Below are positions 22,777 through 33,765 of a stretch of DNA of 64,000 bases, in pieces. Source of the DNA: an uncultured bacterium (GTDB lineage Bacteria; Armatimonadota; Abditibacteriia; Abditibacteriales; Abditibacteriaceae). The stretch lies in the NCBI GenBank assembly GCA_963843795.1, contig CAWJLW010000006.1, positions 1,612,001-1,676,000 on the forward strand, written 5' to 3'. Both the position numbers and the translations under genes were made by a program. Positions within the stretch are counted from its first letter, which is position 1, and the number at the start of each line of letters is the position of its first letter. Under the pieces are notes generated by a model. That model was not told the origin of the DNA. It did not search any database and was given only the letters and a program-made list of their open reading frames with translations.

Positions 22777-23313
22777 TCACCACAAAATCAATTCCGCTTC
22801 CGGCTTGCCATCAACGATTTCCAAAATCGCCACGCCATAATTCTCCGCCCAACGTTTATCGGTGGGCGAACCCGGATTGAGCAGCAGCACTTCCGAGCCA
22901 TCGTCACGGCGATGCCACGCACACATTGGCCGATGCGAATGGCCGAAAACTACCACATCGGCAGTCGGGAAATGGGAAAGGGCAAACGCCGCAGTTTGCT
23001 TGTTGCCCTTAAACTCCAGCACTTTGGGAGGTCGGGCGCACTGGTCGCTGTAACAATCGCCGTGCGTCAAACCAAGCGTGCAACCTTCGAGTTTCATCTG
23101 CAAGGCATCGCGCAGATTCAAGTGCGCGCCATCGTTATTGCCGCGCACCGCGATGACCGGCGCGAGGGCTTCCAGTTCGGTCACGACGCGCGCAATCATC
23201 AAATCGCCAGCGTGCAGAATGAGATCGACGCCAGCAAAATCGGTGAAAATGCGCGGCGGCAAAACGCGCCGTCCGCCGGTAATATGCGTATCGGAAATCA
23301 CACCAATTCTCAT
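22777..23313 (-). CDS. YfcE-like metallophosphoesterase
   Basis: ISDTH, HAGD, RGNND, GHSH, NPGS. Confidence 0.9.
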   Translation of the reverse strand: MRIGVISDTHITGGRRVLPPRIFTDFAGVDLILHAGDLMIARVVTELEALAPVIAVRGNNDGAHLNLRDALQMKLEGCTLGLTHGDCYSDQCARPPKVLEFKGNKQTAAFALSHFPTADVVVFGHSHRPMCAWHRRDDGSEVLLLNPGSPTDKRWAENYGVAILEIVDGKPEAELILW

Positions 23314-23318
23314 AATTT

Positions 23319-24392
23319 TTACGGGAAGATAGCCGCGTTTTGTAATCCAGTGCTTTCATCAAAGCCACACATCAAATTCATATTTTGAATCGCTTGTCCC
23401 GATGCGCCTTTGACCAAATTATCTTCGCCCGCAATCACGATCAAACGCCCCGAATGTGGCGACACAACGGCGCCGATGTCGCAGAAGTTCGAGCCGTTGA
23501 CAGTTTTAATCGTCGGCAATTCGCCCTGCGGCAACACGCGCACGAACGGTTCGCTTTCGTAACGCTCTGCAAGTACCTGCAGCGCGCCTTCCGTATCCAT
23601 TTCGCCCTTCAATTTCGCGTAGCAAGTGCTGAGAATGCCGCGCGCGACCGGCAATAAATGCGGCGTAAATGTCACCAAGATTTTCGTGTTTTCGCCCGCG
23701 CTATCACGCAAACCTTGTTCAATTTCGGGCGTGTGGCGATGCGTGCCGACGCCGTAGGCCTTGAAATTATTTTCCAATTCCGCAAAGTGAAAATCCAACC
23801 CGAAACTGCTGCGACCCGCGCCGCTTGCGCCGCTCGCGCTATCGACAATTAAATCGCTGGCGTCAATCAAATCGCGCTCGACAAACGGCAGCAAGGCCAA
23901 AATTGCGCTCGTCGGATAACAGCCCGGATTGGCCACTAAATTCGCGCTTTTGATTTTTTCGCGGTGCAATTCGGGCAAGCCGTAAATCGCTTGGGCAAGT
24001 GCTTGCGGCGCGCTATGCGGCAACTTGTACCATTTTTCATATTGTGACGTATCACGTAAACGAAAATCGGCGCCTAAATCGACAATTTTCAAGCCTCGCT
24101 CCAACAGTTGCGGCGCGATTTCCAACGCGCGGCCATGTCCAAGCGCGATGAAAGCAAAATCGGCTTTTTTGGCGATGCTGTCGGTGTCATATTCTTCACA
24201 TTCGACGTCGCAAATGTTACGCAGCGAGGGAAATAGTTTGGACAATGGCTGTCCGACGCGTTCGCCCGAAGCGGTGGCGACGGTAATTTGTGCGTGCGGA
24301 TGGTTGGCCAGCAAGCGCGCTAATTCGGCGCCGGTGTAGCCGCTGGCACCGACGATAGCGACGCGCAATTTTTCATTTTCTGCCCGTTTCAT
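23319..24392 (-). CDS. argC: N-acetyl-gamma-glutamyl-phosphate reductase
   Basis: GASGYTGAEL, ANPGCYPT, HRHTPEI, DNLVKGASGQA. Confidence 0.96.
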   Translation of the reverse strand: MKRAENEKLRVAIVGASGYTGAELARLLANHPHAQITVATASGERVGQPLSKLFPSLRNICDVECEEYDTDSIAKKADFAFIALGHGRALEIAPQLLERGLKIVDLGADFRLRDTSQYEKWYKLPHSAPQALAQAIYGLPELHREKIKSANLVANPGCYPTSAILALLPFVERDLIDASDLIVDSASGASGAGRSSFGLDFHFAELENNFKAYGVGTHRHTPEIEQGLRDSAGENTKILVTFTPHLLPVARGILSTCYAKLKGEMDTEGALQVLAERYESEPFVRVLPQGELPTIKTVNGSNFCDIGAVVSPHSGRLIVIAGEDNLVKGASGQAIQNMNLMCGFDESTGLQNAAIFP

Positions 24393-24481
24393 AAGGCGCA
24401 GTGTAGCAGCGCACGGCGCAGCTATTGAAGCCCGCAAGTACTTGCAGCACACTGGAGCTATTCACGAATAAAAGGAATGCA

Positions 24482-25132
24482 ATGAAAAAAGCGTTAATGG
24501 TGTGGGGCGGTTGGGAAGGTCACGAGCCGAAACAGTGCGTTGAAGTTTTCGCGCCGATTTTGGAAAAACACGGCTTTGAAGTCGAAATTTCCGACACGAT
24601 GGACAGTTATCTCGATGTCGAGAACATGCAAGCGCTAAGTTTGATTGTGCCGATGTGGACGATGGGCACAATCACCAATGAGCAAGAAGCTGGCTTGCTG
24701 AACGCGGTGCGCAACGGCGTGGGTTTAGCCGGTTGGCACGGCGGAATGTGCGATAGTTTTCGCAACACTACCAGCTATCAATTCATGACTGGCGGTCAAT
24801 GGGTCGCGCATCCGGGCAATATCATTGATTACACGGTGAACATCATTGATGGCGAGCATGAAATTACGCGCGGTATCAGTGATTTTTCGATGCACTCGGA
24901 GCAGTATTATCTGCACACCGATCCCGCAAATAACGTTTTGGCAACTACGACTTTCAGCGGCGAACACGAAAATATGCCGTGGATTAAAGGCGTCGTGATG
25001 CCGGTTGTATGGACGAAAATGTGGGGACAAGGCCGCGTTTTTTATTCCAGTCTGGGCCACGTCGCAGCGGATTTCGACGGGCCGGAAGTGCGCGAAATTC
25101 AAACGCGCGGCATGTTGTGGGCAGCGCGCTGA
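24482..25132 (+). CDS. ThuA-like domain protein
   Basis: [24 protein letters not shown]. Confidence 0.85.
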   Translation: MKKALMVWGGWEGHEPKQCVEVFAPILEKHGFEVEISDTMDSYLDVENMQALSLIVPMWTMGTITNEQEAGLLNAVRNGVGLAGWHGGMCDSFRNTTSYQFMTGGQWVAHPGNIIDYTVNIIDGEHEITRGISDFSMHSEQYYLHTDPANNVLATTTFSGEHENMPWIKGVVMPVVWTKMWGQGRVFYSSLGHVAADFDGPEVREIQTRGMLWAAR

Positions 25133-25181
25133 TTTATAGTGCTGCAAGTACTTGCAGGGAGACAATCGTCTTACAATTTCT

Positions 25182-26288
<1,107 letters not shown>

Positions 26289-26507
26289 ATTTAAAGCGGA
26301 AACCTTTCTTCAACGTCTGGTAAATTTCTGCGGTGCATTTATATTTGCACAATAGCCATAAGTTTTGTTGCGCATCAATTATTTACGAGTAAGTAAAAAC
26401 GGCATTGGCTTTGCCTTATTTCTGGGCATCGAACACAATTCATTTGCTCTCAGGAGTCAGCGCCGTCATGGTGGCGGTGCTGCGACGAATTGTGAAAAGG
26501 ACAAAGC

Positions 26508-27050
26508 ATGAAGATGCAGAAATGGCAGAAGACGTTGCAAGTGGCGGCAGTTCTGGGCGGAGCCGCGGTATTGACACAAGCGCAGCCGGCGCAAGCCGAT
26601 AACATCGCCGAGGTTGCGATGGGGGCCAATCAATTTTCGACTTTGGTCACCGCTGTCAAAGCCGCTGGCTTGGCCGATGCTCTGATGGGTAAAGGGCCGC
26701 TGACAGTTTTCGCGCCGACCAATGCCGCGTTTGCCAAGCTGCCCGCCGCGCAGTTACAAATGTTGCTCAAGCCGGAAAACAAAGCCACTTTGGTGAAAAT
26801 CCTCACGTACCACGTCGTTCCGGGCCGCGTTCCGGCCAGCGCTGTAATGAAGCTGAAAAGCGGCGCGAACGTGCGCACCTTACAAGGACAAACTTTCGCC
26901 GTGCGCAAGATGAACGGTAAGATTATGCTCGACCCGTTCGCTTCGGGAAAAGCCACTGTCACCGCGACCGATATTAAAGCTGATAATGGCGTGATTCACG
27001 CCATCGACACTGTTTTGATTCCACCCGCTGTGATGGAAATGATGAAATAA
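26508..27050 (+). CDS. Secreted fasciclin (FAS1) domain protein
   Basis: TVFAPTNAAF, ILTYHVV, NGVIHAIDTVL. Confidence 0.93.
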   Translation: MKMQKWQKTLQVAAVLGGAAVLTQAQPAQADNIAEVAMGANQFSTLVTAVKAAGLADALMGKGPLTVFAPTNAAFAKLPAAQLQMLLKPENKATLVKILTYHVVPGRVPASAVMKLKSGANVRTLQGQTFAVRKMNGKIMLDPFASGKATVTATDIKADNGVIHAIDTVLIPPAVMEMMK

Positions 27051-27064
27051 GTTGTTCATCTTAC

Positions 27065-27097
27065 AAAAACCCGCACGATGTTTCGTGCGGGTTTTTT
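27065..27097 (+). terminator. Intrinsic terminator without the motif
   Basis: aaaaacccgcacga-tgtt-tcgtgcgggtttttt. Confidence 0.8.
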
Positions 27098-27170
27098 GTT
27101 TGCAAAAATCCGCATCGCAGGTACTTGCAATATTTCCCGAACGCTGTCCTTAACGTTTTCACTTGGCTCT

Positions 27171-27896
27171 TTATTCTTTTCGTTCTGTTCCGTAATCAGC
27201 ACGATACTGCTGCTTTTGTAAGGGCTTCCACAAACCGCACACAATTAAAGGTGCAATGCGCGTGTAAAATGCGCTGAGTTTCCAGAAACCATCGCGCGCG
27301 TAACGTCGCCCTGAAGTTTCCAGCGGGACGAGCAAATGGCGATGCCAGCCATAGCGAGGTGAGGCGCGACGTAGAAAATGCACGTCTTCGCCCAAATGCA
27401 AATTTTCATCGAAGCCACCGCACTTTTCCCACGCTTCTCGTCGCGCGATAATACAAACGCCCGAACCGGTGCGCAAAGTACTTTGGCCCAGCCAAAACAA
27501 CAGATTGAAAACCCAATACGCCACACGCACGCTCAGGCCAGCATCGCGCGCCACGAACCATGGGCAGGCTACCGCAAAGGGAAAACGGCGATAAGAACGA
27601 ACAACATCGCACACGAAAGTTGGCGCGGGCCGGTCATCGGCGTCCATGAAAATTATCAATTCGCCGGTCGCTTTTTCCGCGCCCGCATTGCGCTGATGGC
27701 TGACGCCGCGCTCAGTTTGCACGGCAAGTACTTGCGGATGTTGGTGTACAATCCCAAGTGTGCCATCAGCAGAATTGCCATCGCTGACGATGATTTGCAA
27801 CTCGCCGTCGAATTGCTGCGCTTCTAAAGCACGCAACAAGGTTTCAATGTTGCGCGCTTCGTTTAAAGTAGGGATGACAACAGAAACGGAATTCAT
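27171..27896 (-). CDS. GT2 glycosyltransferase
   Basis: VVIPTLNE, SDGNSADGT, FMDAD, GGFDE, ED. Confidence 0.9.
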   Translation of the reverse strand: MNSVSVVIPTLNEARNIETLLRALEAQQFDGELQIIVSDGNSADGTLGIVHQHPQVLAVQTERGVSHQRNAGAEKATGELIIFMDADDRPAPTFVCDVVRSYRRFPFAVACPWFVARDAGLSVRVAYWVFNLLFWLGQSTLRTGSGVCIIARREAWEKCGGFDENLHLGEDVHFLRRASPRYGWHRHLLVPLETSGRRYARDGFWKLSAFYTRIAPLIVCGLWKPLQKQQYRADYGTERKE

Positions 27897-27993
27897 TATT
27901 TTGTTGCAAAAGTGCTGCAAGTACTGGCCCGGCATTCACTTTGCCGCAAGGTATCTTCGCCGACAAATCAATTAAACAGGAGATACATTTATT

Positions 27994-28557
27994 ATGGCAG
28001 AAGAACTCAATGGCAAAACCGTGGCGATTTTGGCCACCGATGGCTTTGAACAATCCGAACTATTTGAACCCAAGAAAGCGCTTGAAGCCGCGGGAGCGAA
28101 AACTCATATCGTATCGCTGCAAAGTGGACAAATCAAAGGCTGGAACGAGAAGGATTGGGGCGAAACAATTGCTGTCGATGTGACGGTTGATGATGCCAAC
28201 GCCGCTGATTACGACGCGCTGATGTTGCCCGGTGGCGTGATGAACCCCGATAAACTGCGCATCAACGACAAAGCAGTATCGTTTGTAAAAGCGTTTTTCG
28301 AGGCGGGCAAACCGGTGGGCGCAATTTGTCACGCGCCGTGGACTTTGATTAGCGCCGAGGTGGTCGAAGGCCGCAATGTCACTTCGTGGCCCTCGTTGCA
28401 AGACGATTTGGAAAACGCCGGTGCGAATTGGAGCGATCAAGAAGTGGTGTGCGATCAGGCGTTGGTGACCAGCCGCAAACCAGCGGACTTGCCCGCATTC
28501 AATGCCAAACTGATCGAAGAAATCGGCGAAGGCAAACATCGCGGACAACACGCATAA
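27994..28557 (+). CDS. PfpI/DJ-1 family type 1 glutamine amidotransferase-like protein
   Basis: ATDGFEQSEL, LPGG, AICHAPW, TSRKPADL. Confidence 0.92.
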   Translation: MAEELNGKTVAILATDGFEQSELFEPKKALEAAGAKTHIVSLQSGQIKGWNEKDWGETIAVDVTVDDANAADYDALMLPGGVMNPDKLRINDKAVSFVKAFFEAGKPVGAICHAPWTLISAEVVEGRNVTSWPSLQDDLENAGANWSDQEVVCDQALVTSRKPADLPAFNAKLIEEIGEGKHRGQHA

Positions 28558-28563
28558 AACTAG

Positions 28564-28602
28564 AAAAAAAGTCGCTGCAGGTACTTGCAGCGACTTTTTT
28601 TT
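28564..28602 (+). terminator. Palindromic terminator centred on a motif variant
   Basis: aaaaaaagtcgctgcaggt|acttgcagcgactttttttt. Confidence 0.78.
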
Positions 28603-28658
28603 CTCTCTACCCTTGCCAAGTGCGGCTAAAGGCGTTAATATTCTTTGGGCCGTCGCAT

Positions 28659-28733
28659 TCCCCGATAGCTCAACGGTGGAGCATCCGACTGTTAATCGGA
28701 GGGTTACTGGTTCGAATCCAGTTCGGGGAGCCA
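28659..28733 (+). tRNA. tRNA-Asn(GTT), CCA encoded
   Basis: TCCCCGATAGCTCAACGGTGGAGCATCCGACTGTTAATCGGAGGGTTACTGGTTCGAATCCAGTTCGGGGAGCCA. Confidence 0.95.
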
Positions 28734-28740
28734 AATTTTC

Positions 28741-28773
28741 AAAAGCCGCGCATCAATTTGATGCGCGGCTTTT
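28741..28773 (+). terminator. Intrinsic terminator after tRNA-Asn
   Basis: aaaagccgcgcatcaa-t-ttgatgcgcggctttt. Confidence 0.8.
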
Positions 28774-28837
28774 GTGGTTTTGCTTTACCTTGGCATTTAA
28801 TACGCTCATCATATCGGGGAAATTCACAAGGAGAATT

Positions 28838-29791
28838 ATGAAATACAATAGTTTGGGACGCACCGGATTGAAAGTGAGCCGTTTATGTTTGGGCACGATG
28901 AACTTCGGGCCGCAAACCTCGGAAAGCGATTCGTTTGCTGTGATGGATCGGGCATTGGAACACGAAATCAATTTCTGGGATTCAGCTAATGTTTATGGAG
29001 GTCGGGGCGGCACCGAGGAAATTATCGGACGCTATTTCGCGCAAGGCGAAGGACGGCGCGAAAAAGTGGTGCTGGCGACCAAAGTTTACGGAGATATGGG
29101 CGATTGGCCCAACACATCGCGCCTTTCCGCGCTGCATATTCGGCGCGCTTGCGAGGACAGTTTGCGCCGCCTGAAAACCGATTACATCGACTTGTATCAG
29201 ATGCATCATGTGTGGCGGGAAGCGCCGTGGGAAGAAATTTGGCAGGCGATGGAATTATTGGTGCAGCAAGGCAAAGTGCTGTATATCGGCTCTTCTAACT
29301 TCGCTGGATGGCACATCGCACAAGCCAATGAAATCGCCAAAAGTCGTCATTTTCTGGGTTTGGTTTCTGAACAAAGTTTGTACAACCTGAACGCGCGCAC
29401 CGTCGAACGTGATTTGTTACCTGCGTGCGAAAGTTACGGCGTGGGCGTAATTCCGTGGAGCCCGCTTGGCGGTGGCTTACTGGGCGGCATTCTGGACAAA
29501 CCCAGTGAAGGACGGCGCGCCGGAATGGACAAGCAGATAGAGGATAATCGCAATAAGTTGGAGCCGTGGGAAGCGTTATGCAAAGAAATCGGTGAAAAAC
29601 CGGCTGACGTGGCTTTGGCGTGGCTTCTGCATCAGCCCGCAGTCACCGCCCCGATTATCGGCCCGCGCACCATGGACCAGTTGGACGGTTCGCTGCGCGC
29701 GTTGGATATCGAATTGTCGGATGAGACGCTAAAGAAGCTGGATGAAATTTTCCCCGGTCACAAACCTTCACCCGAAGGTTACGCTTGGTAA
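28838..29791 (+). CDS. Aldo/keto reductase
   Basis: LCLGTMNFG, DSANVYG, SLRRLKTDYIDLY, PWSPLGGG; GGAG RBS. Confidence 0.92.
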   Translation: MKYNSLGRTGLKVSRLCLGTMNFGPQTSESDSFAVMDRALEHEINFWDSANVYGGRGGTEEIIGRYFAQGEGRREKVVLATKVYGDMGDWPNTSRLSALHIRRACEDSLRRLKTDYIDLYQMHHVWREAPWEEIWQAMELLVQQGKVLYIGSSNFAGWHIAQANEIAKSRHFLGLVSEQSLYNLNARTVERDLLPACESYGVGVIPWSPLGGGLLGGILDKPSEGRRAGMDKQIEDNRNKLEPWEALCKEIGEKPADVALAWLLHQPAVTAPIIGPRTMDQLDGSLRALDIELSDETLKKLDEIFPGHKPSPEGYAW

Positions 29792-29795
29792 ATTT

Positions 29796-29843
29796 AAAAG
29801 TAAAAAGCGCGCTGCAAGTACTTGCAGCGCGCTTTTTACTTTT
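29796..29843. terminator. 48-bp perfect palindrome, probable bidirectional terminator, motif-centred
   Basis: aaaagtaaaaagcgcgctgcaagt|acttgcagcgcgctttttactttt. Confidence 0.8.
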
Positions 29844-29849
29844 GGATAG

Positions 29850-31871
29850 TCATTTGTTTGGTGTGCTTTTTGAGTCCCAAGCCAAAATTTGGCCGCCAGT
29901 CTTCAGCATTTTTTCCAAACCTGAATACGGAATATCTTGCAACGCGCTACTGTTTTCGATAGACAAATGCGCCGCTAAAGCGCCGGATTGGCCCAAAATC
30001 ATAAATACTGGTTCCATGCGAATCGAGCCATAGGCGATATGCGACGCGGCTAAGCAGACTGGCACAACGAGGTTTTCGCATTCAGCTTTGCGCGGCACAA
30101 TGGCGCGATAGGAAATCGGATAGGGTGGGAAACCTCGCTCTTGCACATCACCTTCATTCCACACGCGGCCATCGCGCACAAAGCGCTGCGTATTATGCGA
30201 GTCCATTGTATAGGCCGCCAAACCGACCGCGTCTTCGGCCACCTTTTGGCCACGGCAGTTAGCTTCTGTCATCACGTAATCCGACACCAAGCGCCGCGCT
30301 TCGCGCACATACAATTGATGCGGCCATCCACCGGTTTTGGTGAATTCATCTTTGGCCAAACCCCATTCATTCCAACGCGCGCGGATCGGTTCCGGCACGC
30401 GAGAATCATTGCCCAGAAACCACATCAAGCCTTTTTGATAAGTGACATGCGCTTGAAAAATGAGTTCGCGCGTGGCGTAGTCGGCTTCGGGATAAGCGTA
30501 ATTGCGCCCGATGAAATCGGTAGAAACTGCGCCGTGATTGTTCTTATCGACCTTCTGAAATTTCTTCGGCCCCAATTCATCGGGATACGATTGTTCGAGC
30601 AAACTGCGATTCAATCGCAGCAGTTCCTCGCCCACTAAATTCTGCTCTAATAAGGCGCGCGTTGGTGCGTTCAAATTCACTTTCGCAAAGCGTTCTGGCG
30701 TGTATAAAAGCGCGCCGTTCAATAAAGCATTCAATGCTTCGATGACCTCATTTTGCAATTTCAAAGTGGGAGTTTGCCCATCAGCAAAATCATCGAGCTT
30801 GGCGCGTAAATCGGGCGAAAACTGCTCTTTCAAATATTTGGTCAATGGCCCGCCCGCGTTGCGCAGTTTGATGATAAAGCCGCGCGCGTCGCGCAAATCT
30901 GCTACTTGTAAAAGTGTTGATTTTGGGTCTGGCAAAGCGCTGAAACTGTTATGAATCGGGTCGAATTTCTGAAAGACCTGCGCTTCGGGCCAACCGGTTT
31001 GAAGATAGCGAGCCAACAGTTCGTATTCGCGCGCGTCATAATCCTCTGGCTTTTCATAAGCAATGCGGTTGGCGGGATCATTGGTGAGGCACAAGCGAAA
31101 ATTATAGGCTTGCACGCGCTTGTCACCGCTACCGGTGGGCGCTTCCAAAACTGGATTGATGCCGGGCAAAAGTCCGCTCTTCGGGTCGCCCGCGACAACA
31201 TAGGGATCGACAGGCAAATCGAATTGATGCGCGTTATGAACCTGCACACCATTGTTCTTTTCGCCATACACGTTGTTATCCTCACGTCCCACAAAATAAG
31301 TCACACCAGCACGCGCCATTAAATCGCCTTCATAAGTCGCGTCAATGAACATTTTCGCGCGCACTGTTAAGCCGCTTTGCGTGGTCAGCGATACGATGCG
31401 CGCGTTTTGTTTTTCAACGGAAGCCAGAAACTGTCCCAGATAAAGCGGCGCTCTGGATTCGCGCACCATGTCCAAAAAAACCGCTTCGGCGATGTGTGGC
31501 TCGAAGCGCCATTCTTCTGGCACACCATATTTTTGACCGACGCGTTGATAAAATTCGCGCGCGATGCCACCAATAGCGGCTTTGTTGCCGATATCGGTTT
31601 CGCCTAATCCGCCCGCGCTTAAGCCGCCGATGTGTTGTTCAGGCGCAACGATTACAACACTGCGATTTAAGCGCGCCAATTGCAGCGCAGCGGCAATGGC
31701 CGCTGATGTGCCGCCGTAAATGCAGACATCGGTTTGCAGGCTTTCCTGCTGAAATGGTGCGGGCTGATAATACGATGGTGCGTTTTGTGGTGCTGCAAGT
31801 GCTTGTGGAAGAGTGGCGGCGGTTGAAAGCATGATGAGAGCAAAATTAAAAAGAGTGGATTTGATTTTCAT
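29850..31871 (-). CDS. Secreted FAD-dependent oxidoreductase (FAD_oxidored family) with an internal insertion
   Basis: YGGTSA, IDATYEGDL, QAYNFRLCL, YVREARR, GSIRMEP. Confidence 0.85.
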   Translation of the reverse strand: MKIKSTLFNFALIMLSTAATLPQALAAPQNAPSYYQPAPFQQESLQTDVCIYGGTSAAIAAALQLARLNRSVVIVAPEQHIGGLSAGGLGETDIGNKAAIGGIAREFYQRVGQKYGVPEEWRFEPHIAEAVFLDMVRESRAPLYLGQFLASVEKQNARIVSLTTQSGLTVRAKMFIDATYEGDLMARAGVTYFVGREDNNVYGEKNNGVQVHNAHQFDLPVDPYVVAGDPKSGLLPGINPVLEAPTGSGDKRVQAYNFRLCLTNDPANRIAYEKPEDYDAREYELLARYLQTGWPEAQVFQKFDPIHNSFSALPDPKSTLLQVADLRDARGFIIKLRNAGGPLTKYLKEQFSPDLRAKLDDFADGQTPTLKLQNEVIEALNALLNGALLYTPERFAKVNLNAPTRALLEQNLVGEELLRLNRSLLEQSYPDELGPKKFQKVDKNNHGAVSTDFIGRNYAYPEADYATRELIFQAHVTYQKGLMWFLGNDSRVPEPIRARWNEWGLAKDEFTKTGGWPHQLYVREARRLVSDYVMTEANCRGQKVAEDAVGLAAYTMDSHNTQRFVRDGRVWNEGDVQERGFPPYPISYRAIVPRKAECENLVVPVCLAASHIAYGSIRMEPVFMILGQSGALAAHLSIENSSALQDIPYSGLEKMLKTGGQILAWDSKSTPNK

Positions 31872-31929
31872 AAGTTTGATAGCGCTGCAAGTACTTGCAA
31901 GGCACATTTTCAGCCGAAAAAGATCCTTT

Positions 31930-32349
31930 TCAATCGTTCCAATCGACGCGCCCGCGCAGTTGCTTGGTTTGGCTTTGACGCTTCTTGGCGTCTAAACGTC
32001 GCACTTGCGAACTACGCGATGGCTTGGTGGCGCGCCGCACGTTGGGCCGATGCGAGGCTCGTTCGATGAGTTCGATCAAGCGATTCAACGCGTCCTGGCG
32101 GTTGCGTTCCTGCGTGCGCATGGTTTGGGCTTTGATGACCAAAATGCCATCTTTGGTCATGCGACTGCCCGCGATGGTTTTCAAGCGCGCGCGCACATCA
32201 GCAGGTAGCGAGGAATGGGCGACATCGAAGCGTAATTGAACCGCAGTCGCGACTTTGTTGACGTTTTGGCCGCCTGCGCCGGACGAGCGCACGAATTCCT
32301 CCTCGATTTCACTTTCGTCGATAAATAATTGGGGCGTGATTTGTATCAT
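31930..32349 (-). CDS. arfB: Alternative ribosome rescue factor B (peptidyl-tRNA hydrolase)
   Basis: RSSGAGGQNVNKV, RTQERNR, basic C-terminal tail. Confidence 0.93.
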   Translation of the reverse strand: MIQITPQLFIDESEIEEEFVRSSGAGGQNVNKVATAVQLRFDVAHSSLPADVRARLKTIAGSRMTKDGILVIKAQTMRTQERNRQDALNRLIELIERASHRPNVRRATKPSRSSQVRRLDAKKRQSQTKQLRGRVDWND

Positions 32350-32431
32350 AAGGGTGAATTCAATTGACGCGAATTGGCACTCAAAGTATGCTGCAAGTAC
32401 TTGCGGACTGCCTCTAAATCTCCCAATTGTT

Positions 32432-33109
32432 ATGAATGCTTCTTCGTCATCAAGCGGAAATACTCCACAACGCCATCATGCCTCGCATATTCGCCTGTGG
32501 ATTGCGGGCGCACTGGGCGCGATATTGTTATTGACTCTGCCCTATTCATGGCCGATGGAACTGCGCACTTTACTGGCGTGGGATGTCACCGTTTCGTGTT
32601 ATTTGGTTTTGGGGTGGCGCATCATTTTGCGCAGCGATGCTGATAAAACGCGCAATCTCAGCCGACTGGAAGACGAGCATCTTGGTGTTATCGACACCAT
32701 TTTGATTTTAGCCAGCTTCGTCAGCTTGGTTGGCGTGTTGCGCGCGCTCGCTAAAGCCGAACAACTCAAAGACACTTTTGGTTTGGCCTTAACCTGCGTT
32801 GCTATCGCCGGAGTCATTTTATCGTGGCTTCTGGTGCATACGCTTTACGCATTTCATTATGCCCGTTTGTATTATGAAGGCGGCGGCGATGGCGCGGGCG
32901 TCGATTTTCATGGCGATGAACCGCCCGATTATCTGGATTTTTGCTACCTGGCTTTCGCCGTCGGCACCACGTTTGGCGCGACCGACAGCGAAGTTGGCGG
33001 ACGTCCGATTCGACGCACAATAATGAAGCACAGCTTATTATCTTTTACGTATGCTACCGTCATCGTTTCTCTCGCGCTCAGCATCATTTCCGATCTGATT
33101 GCTTCATGA
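32432..33109 (+). CDS. DUF1345 family membrane protein
   Basis: HTLYAFHYARLYY, PDYLDFCYLAF, HSLLSF. Confidence 0.85.
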   Translation: MNASSSSSGNTPQRHHASHIRLWIAGALGAILLLTLPYSWPMELRTLLAWDVTVSCYLVLGWRIILRSDADKTRNLSRLEDEHLGVIDTILILASFVSLVGVLRALAKAEQLKDTFGLALTCVAIAGVILSWLLVHTLYAFHYARLYYEGGGDGAGVDFHGDEPPDYLDFCYLAFAVGTTFGATDSEVGGRPIRRTIMKHSLLSFTYATVIVSLALSIISDLIAS

Positions 33110-33655
33110 ATTACGCGCCTGCAAGTCTTGCAGCGCGCTTTGAAACTGTTCAAATTCCTTCTGCCCGAACATAGCGAAGATAATCTGCGTTATAGACGTG
33201 TTCGGTGTGGCCTGCAAGTACCTGTAGACAGTTTCTATCGCCAGTGACGCCGCGTCTTCTATTGGATATCCATAAACACCAGTTGAAATCGAACAAAACG
33301 CCAGGCTGGATAATTTCAATTCTTCTGCCACTTCTAAACAACCGCGGTAACATTGCGCCAAGAGACGCGCCGCTTCATTGGGCGTGTAATTGCGGTAAAT
33401 CGGGCCGGGCGTGTGCAGAATGAATCGCTGCGGCAATTCGTGGCCTTGCGTCACGACAACGCTGCCGGTTGCAGCGCCTTTGGGCGCGCGACTTTGTAAT
33501 TCGAGCAGCAGTTTTGGGCCAGCTCCTTGATGAATCGCGCCATCGACTCCACCGCCGCCGCGCATCAGGGTATTGGCGGCATTGACTATCGCGTCCACGC
33601 CTTGCTCTAAAACGCTGCCGCGCACGATTTCAATAGTTGTGTTGTTCAATTTCAT
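33104..33655 (-). CDS. Macro-domain protein (O-acetyl-ADP-ribose deacetylase-like)
   Basis: AIVNAAN, GGGGVDGAIH, SISTGVYGYP. Confidence 0.93.
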   Translation of the reverse strand: MKLNNTTIEIVRGSVLEQGVDAIVNAANTLMRGGGGVDGAIHQGAGPKLLLELQSRAPKGAATGSVVVTQGHELPQRFILHTPGPIYRNYTPNEAARLLAQCYRGCLEVAEELKLSSLAFCSISTGVYGYPIEDAASLAIETVYRYLQATPNTSITQIIFAMFGQKEFEQFQSALQDLQARNS

Positions 33656-33765
33656 AGAGGCTTTTCTCCTATGCTCAATTGTGGCAACTTTAAATCTTCT
33701 GGTATGTCAGAAGGAATTCAACTTAATAAGTGAGAATAATTAGCAATCAAGGAGCTTATTTTAGA

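Noticed and set aside
30555..30960. Intein in the FAD oxidoreductase (HN-S seen)
   Set aside because: HN|S precedes the insertion rather than ending it, and no intein block motifs are visible.
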